Position numbers and translations under genes: made by a program
Assembly (NCBI GenBank): GCA_039802085.1
Contig: JBDRVU010000001.1
Span: 1-43,886 of the forward strand
Direction of reading: 5' to 3'
From: a candidate division WOR-3 bacterium
GTDB lineage: Bacteria; Hydrothermota; Tepidihabitantia; Tepidihabitantales; JBDRVQ01
Length of the DNA stretch: 43,886 nucleotides
Shown: one piece after another, positions 25,825-34,692 of the stretch
Layout: the number at the start of each line of letters is the position of its first letter
Position numbering within the stretch: the first letter of the stretch is position 1
Notes under the pieces: generated by a model
Seen by the model: only the letters and a program-made list of their open reading frames with translations
Told to the model about the DNA's origin: nothing
The model's database searches: none

Positions 25825-26166
25825 TTACCTCCGCATACATTGGCAGAAACTATGGTAGTTGGCACAGACACCCCCAAGGATTGAGAAAAGACCCCAGAAA
25901 AGAGGACGGGTAAAAATATGGAAAAGGGTCGGCTTAGAATAGGGTAAAAGATATATCCCTAAGGTAACGAGAAAACAGCCAACAACGATAACGGTGTGAC
26001 CGAAGATAGCAAGTGCTTGTCTTCCCCCGCGCCAACCTAAATAGACCAGTGAAATACCGATTGCTAAGGGAACTATTCCGATAAAATCACTACAAACCAG
26101 TCCGTAAACTCCGAAGATAAAAACGGCGCCTCCTAAAATAAAAGTAATTAAACTCTTTGGTCTCAT
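25825..26166 (-). CDS. Small (113-aa) four-TM membrane protein of unknown function with a Cys-rich tail (CANYHSFCQC)
   Basis: The start at 26166 (MRPKSLITF) is preceded by GGAGGAAAAGTT. The track start at 26229 lacks an SD. Four hydrophobic helices. Confidence 0.6.
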   Translation of the reverse strand: MRPKSLITFILGGAVFIFGVYGLVCSDFIGIVPLAIGISLVYLGWRGGRQALAIFGHTVIVVGCFLVTLGIYLLPYSKPTLFHIFTRPLFWGLFSILGGVCANYHSFCQCMRR

Positions 26167-26197
26167 AACTTTTCCTCCGATTGCGAATCTTTTAGAA

Positions 26198-26225
26198 ATG
26201 ATACCCAATTTCTCAACCCTGTCAA
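26198..26225 (-). promoter_or_regulatory. Putative promoter of the small membrane protein gene (normal leader with SD)
   Basis: On the minus strand: TTGACA (26225-26220), 16 nt, TATCAT (26203-26198). About 31 nt separate the -10 from the ATG and include GGAGG. Confidence 0.5.
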
Positions 26226-26338
26226 ACAACCACCTAAGATGAATAGATACCTAAAGGTCTTCTTAAGTTATTAATCTTAGTAGCTGATTTAGTTCATCGT
26301 CTTTAATCCCTGTTTCAAAAACTCATATTCTCATGTTA

Positions 26339-26686
26339 GGAGACTTTTATGTCGCCTATCAAAAAAGGGTATTTCTTTCTAAGTTTTTTATCTTCAATAA
26401 TTTACTTGTTTTTAGGATAAATTTAGAGTGAGCCCTACCACCACCTCCCCTACGACCCCCTTTCCCACCTCTTATCCCGGTTCCCTTCCCTACTTTCCCG
26501 ACCAATTCTTCCCCTAATTAAAGGTCTAATCTTCTCTCTAATTTTTCTTCTCAAAAAAGGTTTAATCTCTTTCCTAATCTATTCTCTAAGAAATGGCCTA
26601 AGAAAAGGTCTCATTCCTTGGCTAATCCCTATTCTAATTTTAGGAATAGAGGGATGGGTAGTTAGGCATTCGGTTTTTTAATTTGA
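26339..26686 (+). repeat. Copy 2 of the ~345-bp element (hairpin, conserved A/T block, C-rich block, phased 12-nt CTAAT array, GGGATGGG box, T-run)
   Basis: Units from 26511: cccCTAATtaaa, ggtCTAATcttc, tctCTAATtttt, cttCTCAAaaaa, ggtTTAATctct, ttcCTAATctat, tctCTAAGaaat, ggcCTAAGaaaa, ggtCTCATtcct, tggCTAATccct, attCTAATttta. The whole segment aligns by eye with the reverse complement of 647-992. Confidence 0.85.
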
Positions 26687-26732
26687 AACATTATTTAAAG
26701 GATATTAACAGGGGATGTCCGGAGGTCAGATA

Positions 26733-26760
26733 TTGACTTATCCTTTCCTTCCTTTATGCT
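26733..26760 (+). promoter_or_regulatory. Putative promoter of rsmD-coaD-obg-dprA (leaderless geometry)
   Basis: TTGACT (26733-26738), 16 nt, TATGCT (26755-26760). ATG ATG follows at 26763/26766, 2 or 5 nt after the -10. Confidence 0.5.
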
Positions 26761-26765
26761 ATATG

Positions 26766-27329
26766 ATGTTTATCACCGGTGGCGAATTAAAAGGGAAGAG
26801 GTTAAAATATCCAAAAGGGAAAATTCGTCCCACCGAAAGAATGGTAAAGTTAGCCATCTTCTCCGTTCTCGGAGAAAAGATAAAAGAGAGCAAGGTATTA
26901 GACCTTTTCTCCGGCCCGGGAGCGATGGGCATTGAGGCTTTATCCCGAGAGGCAAAAGAGGTCTATTTTGTGGAAAGTGATAAAAGAAATTTCTCTTACC
27001 TCTTAGAAAATATTAAAGGGTTAAAATCCTGCTACCCGATTAGAAAGGATGCCTTCAAGACCATTCCTACCCTAAAAGGAGAAAAATTTGACTTAATCTT
27101 CTTAGACCCTCCCTATCTCAAAGGGATGGTGGGAAAGATAATTGAAGAGATTGTTCGGTTTGACCTCCTAAAAGAAGAAGGGATAATCGTCGCCGAACAT
27201 CATAAAAAAGAAGAGATATTTTTACCCAGAGAGTTAAAAATAATAAAGCACAAGGTCTACGGTGAAACCAAAATCACCTTTTTGCAAAGGAGCGAAGATG
27301 AAAAGAGTAGTCTACCCGGGAAGTTTTGA
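26766..27329 (+). CDS. rsmD: 16S rRNA (guanine966-N2)-methyltransferase RsmD
   Basis: ITGGELKGKRL..P....RPT..MVK.AIFS, SAM motif LDLFSGPGAMGIEALS, FLDPPY. The start could be 26763 or 26766. The track start at 26715 runs through the promoter. Confidence 0.85.
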   Translation: MFITGGELKGKRLKYPKGKIRPTERMVKLAIFSVLGEKIKESKVLDLFSGPGAMGIEALSREAKEVYFVESDKRNFSYLLENIKGLKSCYPIRKDAFKTIPTLKGEKFDLIFLDPPYLKGMVGKIIEEIVRFDLLKEEGIIVAEHHKKEEIFLPRELKIIKHKVYGETKITFLQRSEDEKSSLPGKF

Positions 27330-27783
27330 CCCAATCACTAACGGGCATCTTGATATTATAAAAAGAGCCCGCCAGTTATTTGATGCCGTAATCATCGGCG
27401 TTGCGAAAAGGGAAGAAAAGAAATTACTCTTCTCCTTAGAAGAAAGGGTTGCTTTAGTAAAAGAAGTGACGAAGGATTGGCATAATGTAGAAGTCCACCC
27501 TTTTACTTGTCTGCTGGTTGACTTTGTTAGAGAGAAAGGGGCAAACGCGATAATCCGGGGCATACGAGCGGTGGCTGATTTTGATTATGAGTTCCAGATG
27601 GCTCTAACCAATCGGAAAATTGCCCCGGATATTGAAACGATATTTTTACTTCCTTCCCAGGAGTATATTTTTCTCTCCGCCAGTTTAGTCAAAGAGATTA
27701 CTTCAATGGGCGGGTGTGTAAAGAATTTCGTCCCAAAACCGGTAGAAGAGGCGCTTCGGAAAAAATTGGGCAAGGATAAGTGA
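27298..27783 (+). CDS. coaD: Phosphopantetheine adenylyltransferase
   Basis: MKRVVYPGSFDPITNGHLDIIKRA, SD AGGAG 6 nt upstream, ~160 aa. Confidence 0.95.
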   Translation: MKRVVYPGSFDPITNGHLDIIKRARQLFDAVIIGVAKREEKKLLFSLEERVALVKEVTKDWHNVEVHPFTCLLVDFVREKGANAIIRGIRAVADFDYEFQMALTNRKIAPDIETIFLLPSQEYIFLSASLVKEITSMGGCVKNFVPKPVEEALRKKLGKDK

Positions 27784-28754
27784 AGTTTGTTGACGAAGCA
27801 ATAATTTCGGTAAAAGGAGGGCAAGGAGGCGATGGTTGTATCTCCTTCCGAAGAGAAAGATTTATCCCCAAAGGGGGACCAAACGGCGGCGATGGTGGTG
27901 ACGGTGGTTCTTGCTATCTAATCGGAAAGGCAAACTTACAAACCCTTGCCGATTTAACTTACCATAAGGAATACAAAGCGGAAAAGGGAGAACACGGTAA
28001 GGGTAAAAATCGCTCAGGCAAAAGAGGACAAGATCTTTATATTCCTGTTCCCTTAGGTACTGATGTCTATGATGCCTTAACTAATGAATATCTTGGTTCA
28101 ATTCTAAAAGATAAGGAAGTTCTTCTTGTGGCTAAAGGAGGGCGAGGCGGTCGAGGAAATACTCACTTCAAAAGCCCAACCAATCAATCGCCCAGGATAA
28201 GAGAAAAAGGGAAAGAAGGAGAAGAGAGACAATTAAAGATTATCCTTCGGCTCATTGCTGATATTGGAATTGTTGGACTTCCCAATGCCGGAAAATCAAC
28301 CCTCCTCTCTCAACTGACCAAAGCGGAACCAAAGGTTGCCCCTTATCCTTTCACTACCCTCACCCCCAATTTAGGAGTATTAAAAAGTGAAGATTTAATT
28401 ATCACCGTCGCTGATATGCCCGGGATAGTTAAAGATGCCCATAAAGGCAAAGGACTGGGACTTCTTTTCTTGCGCCACATTGAAAGGACAAAAATTCTCC
28501 TTTATCTAATTGACATTACCTCCCCCGAGCCTCTTAAAGACTTCAAGACATTGCAAGAAGAAATTAGAAGTTATAAGCCAGAGATCTTAAATAAAAAACA
28601 ATTAGTAGCCTTTAATAAAATTGACCTGCGCTCTCCCCAGTGTGTGCCAATTCCTAATTTTCCTTTTCCCATCTTTTTCATCTCCGCCTTAAAAGGAGAC
28701 GGCATTGAGGAACTACGGAAAAAGTTAATGACCTTAATCAAAAATGGCTTTTGA
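27780..28754 (+). CDS. obg: GTPase ObgE/CgtA
   Basis: MKFVDEAIISVKGGQGGDGCISFRRE...GGPNGGDGGDGG glycine-rich Obg fold, G domain GLPNAGKST, DMPG, NKID. GTG start overlaps the coaD stop (GTGA). Confidence 0.95.
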   Translation: MKFVDEAIISVKGGQGGDGCISFRRERFIPKGGPNGGDGGDGGSCYLIGKANLQTLADLTYHKEYKAEKGEHGKGKNRSGKRGQDLYIPVPLGTDVYDALTNEYLGSILKDKEVLLVAKGGRGGRGNTHFKSPTNQSPRIREKGKEGEERQLKIILRLIADIGIVGLPNAGKSTLLSQLTKAEPKVAPYPFTTLTPNLGVLKSEDLIITVADMPGIVKDAHKGKGLGLLFLRHIERTKILLYLIDITSPEPLKDFKTLQEEIRSYKPEILNKKQLVAFNKIDLRSPQCVPIPNFPFPIFFISALKGDGIEELRKKLMTLIKNGF

Positions 28755-29826
28755 CTTTAACCCATTTTATATCTACCTTCTTGATGTACCAAAAATCACA
28801 CCCCGGAAGATAAAAAATCTTCTTAACCATTTTCACGACCCGGAAAAAATCTTTAAAGCAAAAAGGGAGGAATTATTAACGATTGAAGGAATGGATGAAG
28901 AAACTGTTTCTAATATAAAAAAATTTGATTTTACAAGTTGCCAGGAGAAGATAAAAAAGGCTTCTCAACTAAAAGTAAAAATTATCTCCTTTTTAGACAA
29001 AGATTATCCTAAACCCTTAAAGGAAATAAAGTTTTTCCCACCAATTCTTTTTATTCAAGGCGAGATAAAGAAGGAAGACGAAAGAAGTATCTCTATTGTT
29101 GGTACAAGAAACCCTTCCCCTTATGGCCGAGAGATTGGTGAAAGATTTGCCTTTGAATTAGCAAAAAATGGACTAACCATTATCAGTGGCTTAGCCCGGG
29201 GAATTGATACCATAGCTCATAAGAACGCTTTAGCAGCTGATAGTCGGACAATTGCGGTGCTCGGTTGTGGGATTGATATTTCCTACCCACCAGAAAACCA
29301 GAACCTCCGGGAGCAAATTAAGGAAAATGGTGCTGTCATTTCCGAATTTAACATCTCAACCCCTCCGGACCGATTTAATTTTCCTCGGCGCAACCGGTTA
29401 ATCTCCGGCCTTGCCCTCGGCATCCTTACGGTTGAAGCCCCGGAAAAAAGTGGTGTTTTAATTACCGCCTGGTGGGCGGCGGAACAAGGAAAACCCGTCT
29501 TTGTCATACCCGGACTTATCACTTTTCCCAAATGCGCTGGGACCAATCGTCTCTTAAAAGAAGGCGCTATCCCAATAACTTCGGTTGAAGATATTTTAGA
29601 AAATCTAAAAATCACCCCCAAGAAAAAAGAAGTACAAGCAATTGAACTTTCCGAGGAAGAAAAGAAATTAATTGCACTCATCGCCGAGGCACCACTCTAT
29701 GTTGATGAAATTGTGGAAAAATTAGAAAAACCTGTTCAGGAGATTTTAACTCAACTTTTTACCTTGGAGATACGGGGAATTGTGAAGCAATTACCTGGCA
29801 ATAGGTATATTAAAATTTCTTCCTAA
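28744..29826 (+). CDS. dprA: DNA processing protein DprA (Smf)
   Basis: IVGTRNPSPYG, SGLARGIDTIAHKNAL, VLGCGIDISYPPEN, FPRRNRLISGL, plus a C-terminal winged-helix-like tail. Confidence 0.9.
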   Translation: MAFDFNPFYIYLLDVPKITPRKIKNLLNHFHDPEKIFKAKREELLTIEGMDEETVSNIKKFDFTSCQEKIKKASQLKVKIISFLDKDYPKPLKEIKFFPPILFIQGEIKKEDERSISIVGTRNPSPYGREIGERFAFELAKNGLTIISGLARGIDTIAHKNALAADSRTIAVLGCGIDISYPPENQNLREQIKENGAVISEFNISTPPDRFNFPRRNRLISGLALGILTVEAPEKSGVLITAWWAAEQGKPVFVIPGLITFPKCAGTNRLLKEGAIPITSVEDILENLKITPKKKEVQAIELSEEEKKLIALIAEAPLYVDEIVEKLEKPVQEILTQLFTLEIRGIVKQLPGNRYIKISS

Positions 29827-30905
29827 TCCACCCTCTGCCGGAGACGTAAAAACGCCGGGATTTCTATATTATTCCGGTCAATCTTACCATCTCGCCGCAC
29901 CGGAATTACATTCTCCAAATCTTTTATTATCCCACCAAAATCAAGGTAATTCTCCAATCGCTCTTCCATCCCACTAGCGACAATCGTCGCCTTCATCTTT
30001 TCTTTCAAACCTTTATCCCTTCCATAACCACAACGAATGAGTGTATGAGGAGAAACCCGATCCGTAATTGTCTGACAAGCAATCTGGACCTCATTCATCG
30101 TCATCCTTTCATCCCCGGTAATATTTATCAATATCTTCTTACAGTCGCGTAAATTGCCGGAATCTAAAAAGGGTGATTTTAAAACTTCCTCTGCGGCTTC
30201 TTTTGCCCGATTTTCCCCGAAGCCAATTCCTACCCCCATAACACTTAAACCTTTTTCTGTCATCACCGAGCGGAAGTCGGCAAAATCAATATTAACAACC
30301 TGTGGGGTATTTATCATATCAATTACTCCCTTTACCGCTTCCGTAATTAAGTTATCAATACTGCGGAAGGCATCAGCAAAAAACTTATTACCATAGTGCT
30401 CAATAATGCTGTCATTAGCCAAAACCATCCGAGCATCAATATGAGTGCGAAGTTCAGCCAAAGCCTTTAACGCTCGGCGCATGCGAAATTCTCCTTCGTG
30501 CTGAAATGGTTTCGTGACAATCGCCGCCACCAGAGCACCAGATTGTTTCAAAATTTTAGCCAATAAGGGAGAAGCCCCCGCACCGGTTCCACCACCTAAA
30601 CAGGCAACAACGAAAGCTAAGTCAATCCCCGTCGCAATCTCCTTCAATTCCTCTTGAGATTCTTCACAAGCCCGATGCCCTATTTCCGGATCGTCACCAG
30701 AGCCCAAACCGTTAGTAAGGGAAAGACCGATTAAAATTTTATTCGGTGCTAAAGAAAGGTTCAACATCTGGCGGTGAGTATTTATCGCGTAAAATTCGCA
30801 ACCTCTTATTCCGCCCTCAATCATATTGTTTATTATATTACCGCCCCCACTCCCTACGCCAAAAATACCAATCTTTATATCCTGTTTTTTTGACTCTATA
30901 CTCAT
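29823..30905 (-). CDS. ftsZ: Cell division protein FtsZ
   Basis: IKIGIFGVGSGGGNIIN, tubulin signature GGGTGAGASP, TKPFQHEG, C-terminal peptide IPAFLR. SD GGAGGG. Its stop overlaps the dprA stop (convergent). Confidence 0.97.
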   Translation of the reverse strand: MSIESKKQDIKIGIFGVGSGGGNIINNMIEGGIRGCEFYAINTHRQMLNLSLAPNKILIGLSLTNGLGSGDDPEIGHRACEESQEELKEIATGIDLAFVVACLGGGTGAGASPLLAKILKQSGALVAAIVTKPFQHEGEFRMRRALKALAELRTHIDARMVLANDSIIEHYGNKFFADAFRSIDNLITEAVKGVIDMINTPQVVNIDFADFRSVMTEKGLSVMGVGIGFGENRAKEAAEEVLKSPFLDSGNLRDCKKILINITGDERMTMNEVQIACQTITDRVSPHTLIRCGYGRDKGLKEKMKATIVASGMEERLENYLDFGGIIKDLENVIPVRRDGKIDRNNIEIPAFLRLRQRVD

Positions 30906-30923
30906 TTTCCCTCCATTCTATTT

Positions 30924-32153
30924 TTATTCTTCATCCGCAATACGAAAAACCCTCTTAAAAAATTGCTTAAATTTTGTTAACAAATCCTCCTCTTCAATTA
31001 AAGCATATCTCTTACTGAGGTTAGACAAAGCAAATTTTACTAACCCCAAGGTGGTAACAAAATCTGGCTGCTTAAACTCTTCACCCATCATCTCTGTAAT
31101 TCCCACCCGGGTGGGAACACCTAAAAAATGAGCAGCAAAATTCTCAATCCCCGGAATTTTTGCTCCCCCGCCGATAAGAATAGCTCCAGAGATTAAACTA
31201 TGAGAATAACCCGCATCATCAATCGCTTGCCGACAGGCGAGAAGTATCTCTTCTAAGCGAGCTTCCATTATCTCAGCTACTACCCGACGGAAGCAATATT
31301 TTTCATCTAAAGAACTTGTTGGTAAGGGAATTGTTTCGTCTGTATCTCCAATGTGAAACTTCGTCGCCCCAAATTTTTCTTTAATTTCCTCCGCCACATC
31401 CTTTTTTACCCGCAAACCAAGACTGAGGTCATTGGTCAACTGTTCTCCTCCAATTTCAATAATGGTAAAATGCTGTAGTTCCCCATCCTTATAAATACTC
31501 ACCGCGGTCCAACCGCCCAGGTCAATTAGGACAAAACCTAAATCTTTATCTTCTGTTTCCGCAACTATTGTTCCTGCTGCCAGGGGTTGAAAGACAAATT
31601 GCCAATTCCTAATCTCTAACTTGTCCAATAACTGTTCTAAATTGGATAGAACTAATGACTTACATTGAATGAGAAGCCCTTCCACCTCTAAACGATGACA
31701 TTCGCGAAAATCCCTAGGGTCTTGAATTCCCTTCATCCCGTCTAAAGAATAAGAAAGAGAAATTAAATGGAGAAAACGCTCATCCGGAGGTGGTTTCATA
31801 CTATGGGCTTCTTTCTTCACTTGCTTTATCTCTTTTTCCGAAACCGTATCTCGAGGATTCTTCCTTCGGATATCAGCATGGGTTCGGGTATATCTTATAT
31901 AATTCCCTTGGATTCCAACATAAACTGGAAGTTTTTTAAACCTAATTCCTTCCTTTTCGGTTTTTTCAATACAAGAACGGAGGGTTTTAAGTGCTTTATC
32001 CAAATTAATGATTACTCCGTTCTTAAACCCATCTGCTTTTTCTATTGCCAATCCATTAATTCGAATCTTGCCGGGCACTTCTTCCTCAGCGATAAGAGTT
32101 CTGATCTTCGTAAATCCAATATCAATCACTCCGATCCGATTTACCTTTGCCAT
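30924..32153 (-). CDS. ftsA: Cell division protein FtsA (actin-like ATPase)
   Basis: VIDIGFTKIRTLIAE, LIDLGGWTAVSIY, LIGGGAKIPGI. SD AGGAGG. Position is immediately upstream of ftsZ. Confidence 0.9.
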   Translation of the reverse strand: MAKVNRIGVIDIGFTKIRTLIAEEEVPGKIRINGLAIEKADGFKNGVIINLDKALKTLRSCIEKTEKEGIRFKKLPVYVGIQGNYIRYTRTHADIRRKNPRDTVSEKEIKQVKKEAHSMKPPPDERFLHLISLSYSLDGMKGIQDPRDFRECHRLEVEGLLIQCKSLVLSNLEQLLDKLEIRNWQFVFQPLAAGTIVAETEDKDLGFVLIDLGGWTAVSIYKDGELQHFTIIEIGGEQLTNDLSLGLRVKKDVAEEIKEKFGATKFHIGDTDETIPLPTSSLDEKYCFRRVVAEIMEARLEEILLACRQAIDDAGYSHSLISGAILIGGGAKIPGIENFAAHFLGVPTRVGITEMMGEEFKQPDFVTTLGLVKFALSNLSKRYALIEEEDLLTKFKQFFKRVFRIADEE

Positions 32154-32171
32154 AAATCCTCCTTTTTACCT

Positions 32172-33116
32172 CTAATAAACAATTCTAACCTCCTCTTCCA
32201 GAATAATGCCGCTACTTTTTTCCACATAAAATTTAACCAATTCTATCAATTGGTAAAAATCGGCAAAATTTGCTGAACCATCATTCAGTAAAAAATTGGC
32301 GTGCTTTTGGGACACATAGGCCCCTCCCGCGCGCAGTCCCTTAAGACCAACTCTATCAATTAACATGCCAGCAGAAAAACCCGAGGGATTCTTAAAACAA
32401 CAACCAAAAGAAAATCCAACAGGTTGCGTCTTCCGACGATAAGCAGTGAAGTTTTTTATTTTCTTCCTAATTAAATTCCTATTCCCTTTCCTCAGTTTTA
32501 TCGTTACCGAAGTTATTACCCCGGTAATTATTTTTTGAGAAAAAGAAGAAGGAAACGGCGGATTAATTTGGCACTCTCGGTAACCAAAATGAATTTTCTC
32601 CTTTTGCCGTTCTTCTATTTGTCCATCATCTTTAATAATTCGCACTTTATCTAAGATTTCGGAAAAGGATATTCCAAATGCCCCGGCATTATTAATTACT
32701 GCCCCGCCAACTGTCCCGGGGATACCCCAAAGAAATTCCGCCCCGGTTAACTCCTTTGCGAGACAATAATTAACAACCTCCCCCAAAGGAGTCGCCGCTC
32801 CAATTTCTAAAGAAGTTCCCTCTTCGCCAAAACTTCTTATATAAGAAAATTTCCGACCCAATTTAATCACTAACCCATTAAAGGTATTATCAGAAAAAAG
32901 AACCTTTGAGCCGTTTCCAATAATAAAATATCGGAACTCTCTTTCCTTTAATTCCTTTAATAACATCCCCAAGTTAGTCTCATCATCAACATCCGCCAAC
33001 AGACGAGCAGCACCACCGATTCGGACAGTTGTCATTTTTTTTAAAGGGTAAAACTCCCGCACCTTTACTGACAACCTTTCTACAATCGCCCTAAAATCTC
33101 TACTCCCACCTGCCAT
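32172..33116 (-). CDS. murB: UDP-N-acetylenolpyruvoylglucosamine reductase
   Basis: TTVRIGGAARLLADV, IIGNGSKVLF, GIPGTVGGAVINNAGAFG, SGFSAGMLID, FLLNDG. Confidence 0.9.
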   Translation of the reverse strand: MAGGSRDFRAIVERLSVKVREFYPLKKMTTVRIGGAARLLADVDDETNLGMLLKELKEREFRYFIIGNGSKVLFSDNTFNGLVIKLGRKFSYIRSFGEEGTSLEIGAATPLGEVVNYCLAKELTGAEFLWGIPGTVGGAVINNAGAFGISFSEILDKVRIIKDDGQIEERQKEKIHFGYRECQINPPFPSSFSQKIITGVITSVTIKLRKGNRNLIRKKIKNFTAYRRKTQPVGFSFGCCFKNPSGFSAGMLIDRVGLKGLRAGGAYVSQKHANFLLNDGSANFADFYQLIELVKFYVEKSSGIILEEEVRIVY

Positions 33117-34495
33117 ATATCCCCCGCTCCTAAGGTAATCACCACATCCCCCTCTTTCAAAAAAGGAATAAGAAAAGAAGCCACCCTTTTTTTATCGGCA
33201 ATAAAAACTACATTATCGGCTTTCTCTTTCTTCGCCACTTGATAAATCAATTCCGCTGAAATCCCTGGTATCGGCTTTTCGGATGCTGGGTAAATTTCTG
33301 TGAGAATCAAAAAATCAGCCAAGGAAAAAGCTCGGCCGAAATCCTCATAGAGGTAAGATGTTCTTGTATAGCGGTGAGGTTGAAATATCACAATTATTCT
33401 CCTGTCGGGGTAAATATTTCTTAAAGCAGAGAGGGTTGCTTTAATCTCTGTTGGATGATGCGCATAGTCATCATAAATTTTAATTGCTTTTTTCTCACCC
33501 TTGAACTCCAAACGCCTTTCCACACCCGAAAAGGCTTTTAAACCCTCTTGGATAACACTAAATGGTACATTCAAAAGTAAAGCAACGGCGCAGGCAGCTA
33601 GCGAATTTAAAATATTATGAACTCCCGGAATTGAAATTTCCACTTTACCGATGGTCTCATTATCCTTCACCAATTCGTATTCTGCTCCAAATGGTAAAAT
33701 CTTTGTATTCTTCGCCAGAAGGAAACTTTCTCTCTCCTCGCTCCCTATTCGTTTCCCTTTTTTTGTTCTCTCAAACCCATACATTAAAACCGGCCTCTTC
33801 ACAACCTTCCCCAGTGCCCTTGCTACCGGATCTTCGTTGCATAAAATACAAACCCCTTCAATGAGGGGTACGGAAGAAAGAAAAGAAAGAAAACTATTTC
33901 GCAAGGCGCGAAAAGAATACTTATAAAAATCAAGATGCTCCCGGTCAATATTCGTAACGCAAGCGATAGTTGGCGTTAAAAAAAGGAAGGATTTATCCGA
34001 TTCATCCGCCTCACAAACCAATAGATTGGACTTTCCTAATCTTCCCCCACTCTCCCATCCTTTTATCCGGCCACCGATAATTACAGTTGGATCAAGGCCC
34101 CCTTTTTCCAAAAGGTCGGCAACTAAAGAAGTAACTGTTGTCTTCCCATGACTTCCGGCAATGACAATGGAAAATCGCATCCGAACGAATTCCTGAAGCA
34201 TTTCCGCTCTTTTTAACACAATTCGCCCTAATCGCCGAGCAGCAACGATTTCTGGATTATCTAAAGAACAGGCTGACGAATAAACCAAAACTTGACTGTT
34301 TCCGATATTTTCTTCTTTGTGATCATAGAAAATTTTTACTCCTTCTTTTTCCAACCGGTTTGTTATTTCACTTCGATGCAAATCGGAACCGGTCACCTCA
34401 AATCCGGAATTTTTAAGAATGAAGGCTAACCCGGACATTCCAACCCCACCAATACCAGTGAAATGAAACCTCTCTATTCGGAAAGGCATTTGCAT
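33080..34495 (-). CDS. murC: UDP-N-acetylmuramate--L-alanine ligase
   Basis: HFTGIGGVGMSGLA, Mur ligase P-loop AGSHGKTTVTS, DDYAHHPTEI. The start may be ATG 34489 instead of 34495. Confidence 0.94.
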   Translation of the reverse strand: MQMPFRIERFHFTGIGGVGMSGLAFILKNSGFEVTGSDLHRSEITNRLEKEGVKIFYDHKEENIGNSQVLVYSSACSLDNPEIVAARRLGRIVLKRAEMLQEFVRMRFSIVIAGSHGKTTVTSLVADLLEKGGLDPTVIIGGRIKGWESGGRLGKSNLLVCEADESDKSFLFLTPTIACVTNIDREHLDFYKYSFRALRNSFLSFLSSVPLIEGVCILCNEDPVARALGKVVKRPVLMYGFERTKKGKRIGSEERESFLLAKNTKILPFGAEYELVKDNETIGKVEISIPGVHNILNSLAACAVALLLNVPFSVIQEGLKAFSGVERRLEFKGEKKAIKIYDDYAHHPTEIKATLSALRNIYPDRRIIVIFQPHRYTRTSYLYEDFGRAFSLADFLILTEIYPASEKPIPGISAELIYQVAKKEKADNVVFIADKKRVASFLIPFLKEGDVVITLGAGDIWQVGVEILGRL

Positions 34496-34692
34496 GACTC
34501 GCTTTTCTTTTTCTTTGTAATTTTTTTAATTACGATACCAATAAAACCACCGTTATTTTTTACGCTCAGGTTAAACTCCCGCGCTGCCATTTCAATATCT
34601 GGCCATAAGAATTCTGGGGAGTACTTAAAATAATCACCCGGCTGTAACTTTTTCCAAATAACCTTGATATTTTTACTGGTAACTTCTTTCAT
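34474..34692 (-). CDS. 72-aa Lys-rich hypothetical protein filling the murG-murC gap
   Basis: ATG 34692 is preceded by GGGAGGGAAC (strong SD). The ORF spans the only long (177-nt) gap in the dcw cluster, overlapping the murG end by 20 nt and the murC start by ~20 nt. Sequence MKEVTSKNIKVIWKKLQPGDYFKYSPEFLWPDIEMAAREFNLSVKNNGGFIGIVIKKITKKKKSESCKCLSE. No family recognised. Confidence 0.45.
   Translation of the reverse strand: MKEVTSKNIKVIWKKLQPGDYFKYSPEFLWPDIEMAAREFNLSVKNNGGFIGIVIKKITKKKKSESCKCLSE

Noticed and set aside
647-26686. The two inverted ~345-bp copies, considered as ends of a composite transposon or mobile island.
   Set aside because: The 25-kb interior is core housekeeping (tig, clpPX, topA, tmk and others). 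There is no transposase, integrase, target-site duplication or compositional break that I could see. Homologous-recombination inversion remains possible but is not evidence of mobility.
26651-26686. GGGATGGG...ATTCGGTTTTTT at the end of copies 1 and 2, considered as an intrinsic terminator.
   Set aside because: The T-run is conserved, but the only pairing upstream is 4-5 A/T-rich bp (GAATA/TATTC in copy 1, GAAT/ATTC in copy 2) around an 18-nt loop. It is not a convincing terminator hairpin. It is kept only as a conserved box of the element.
31767-32276. A 169-aa plus-strand ORF antisense to ftsA/murB. Similar antisense ORFs occur at 29283-29681, 33562-33926, 12966-13262 and 9208-9758.
   Set aside because: They are antisense to strongly supported conserved genes, give low-complexity translations, and lack start context.
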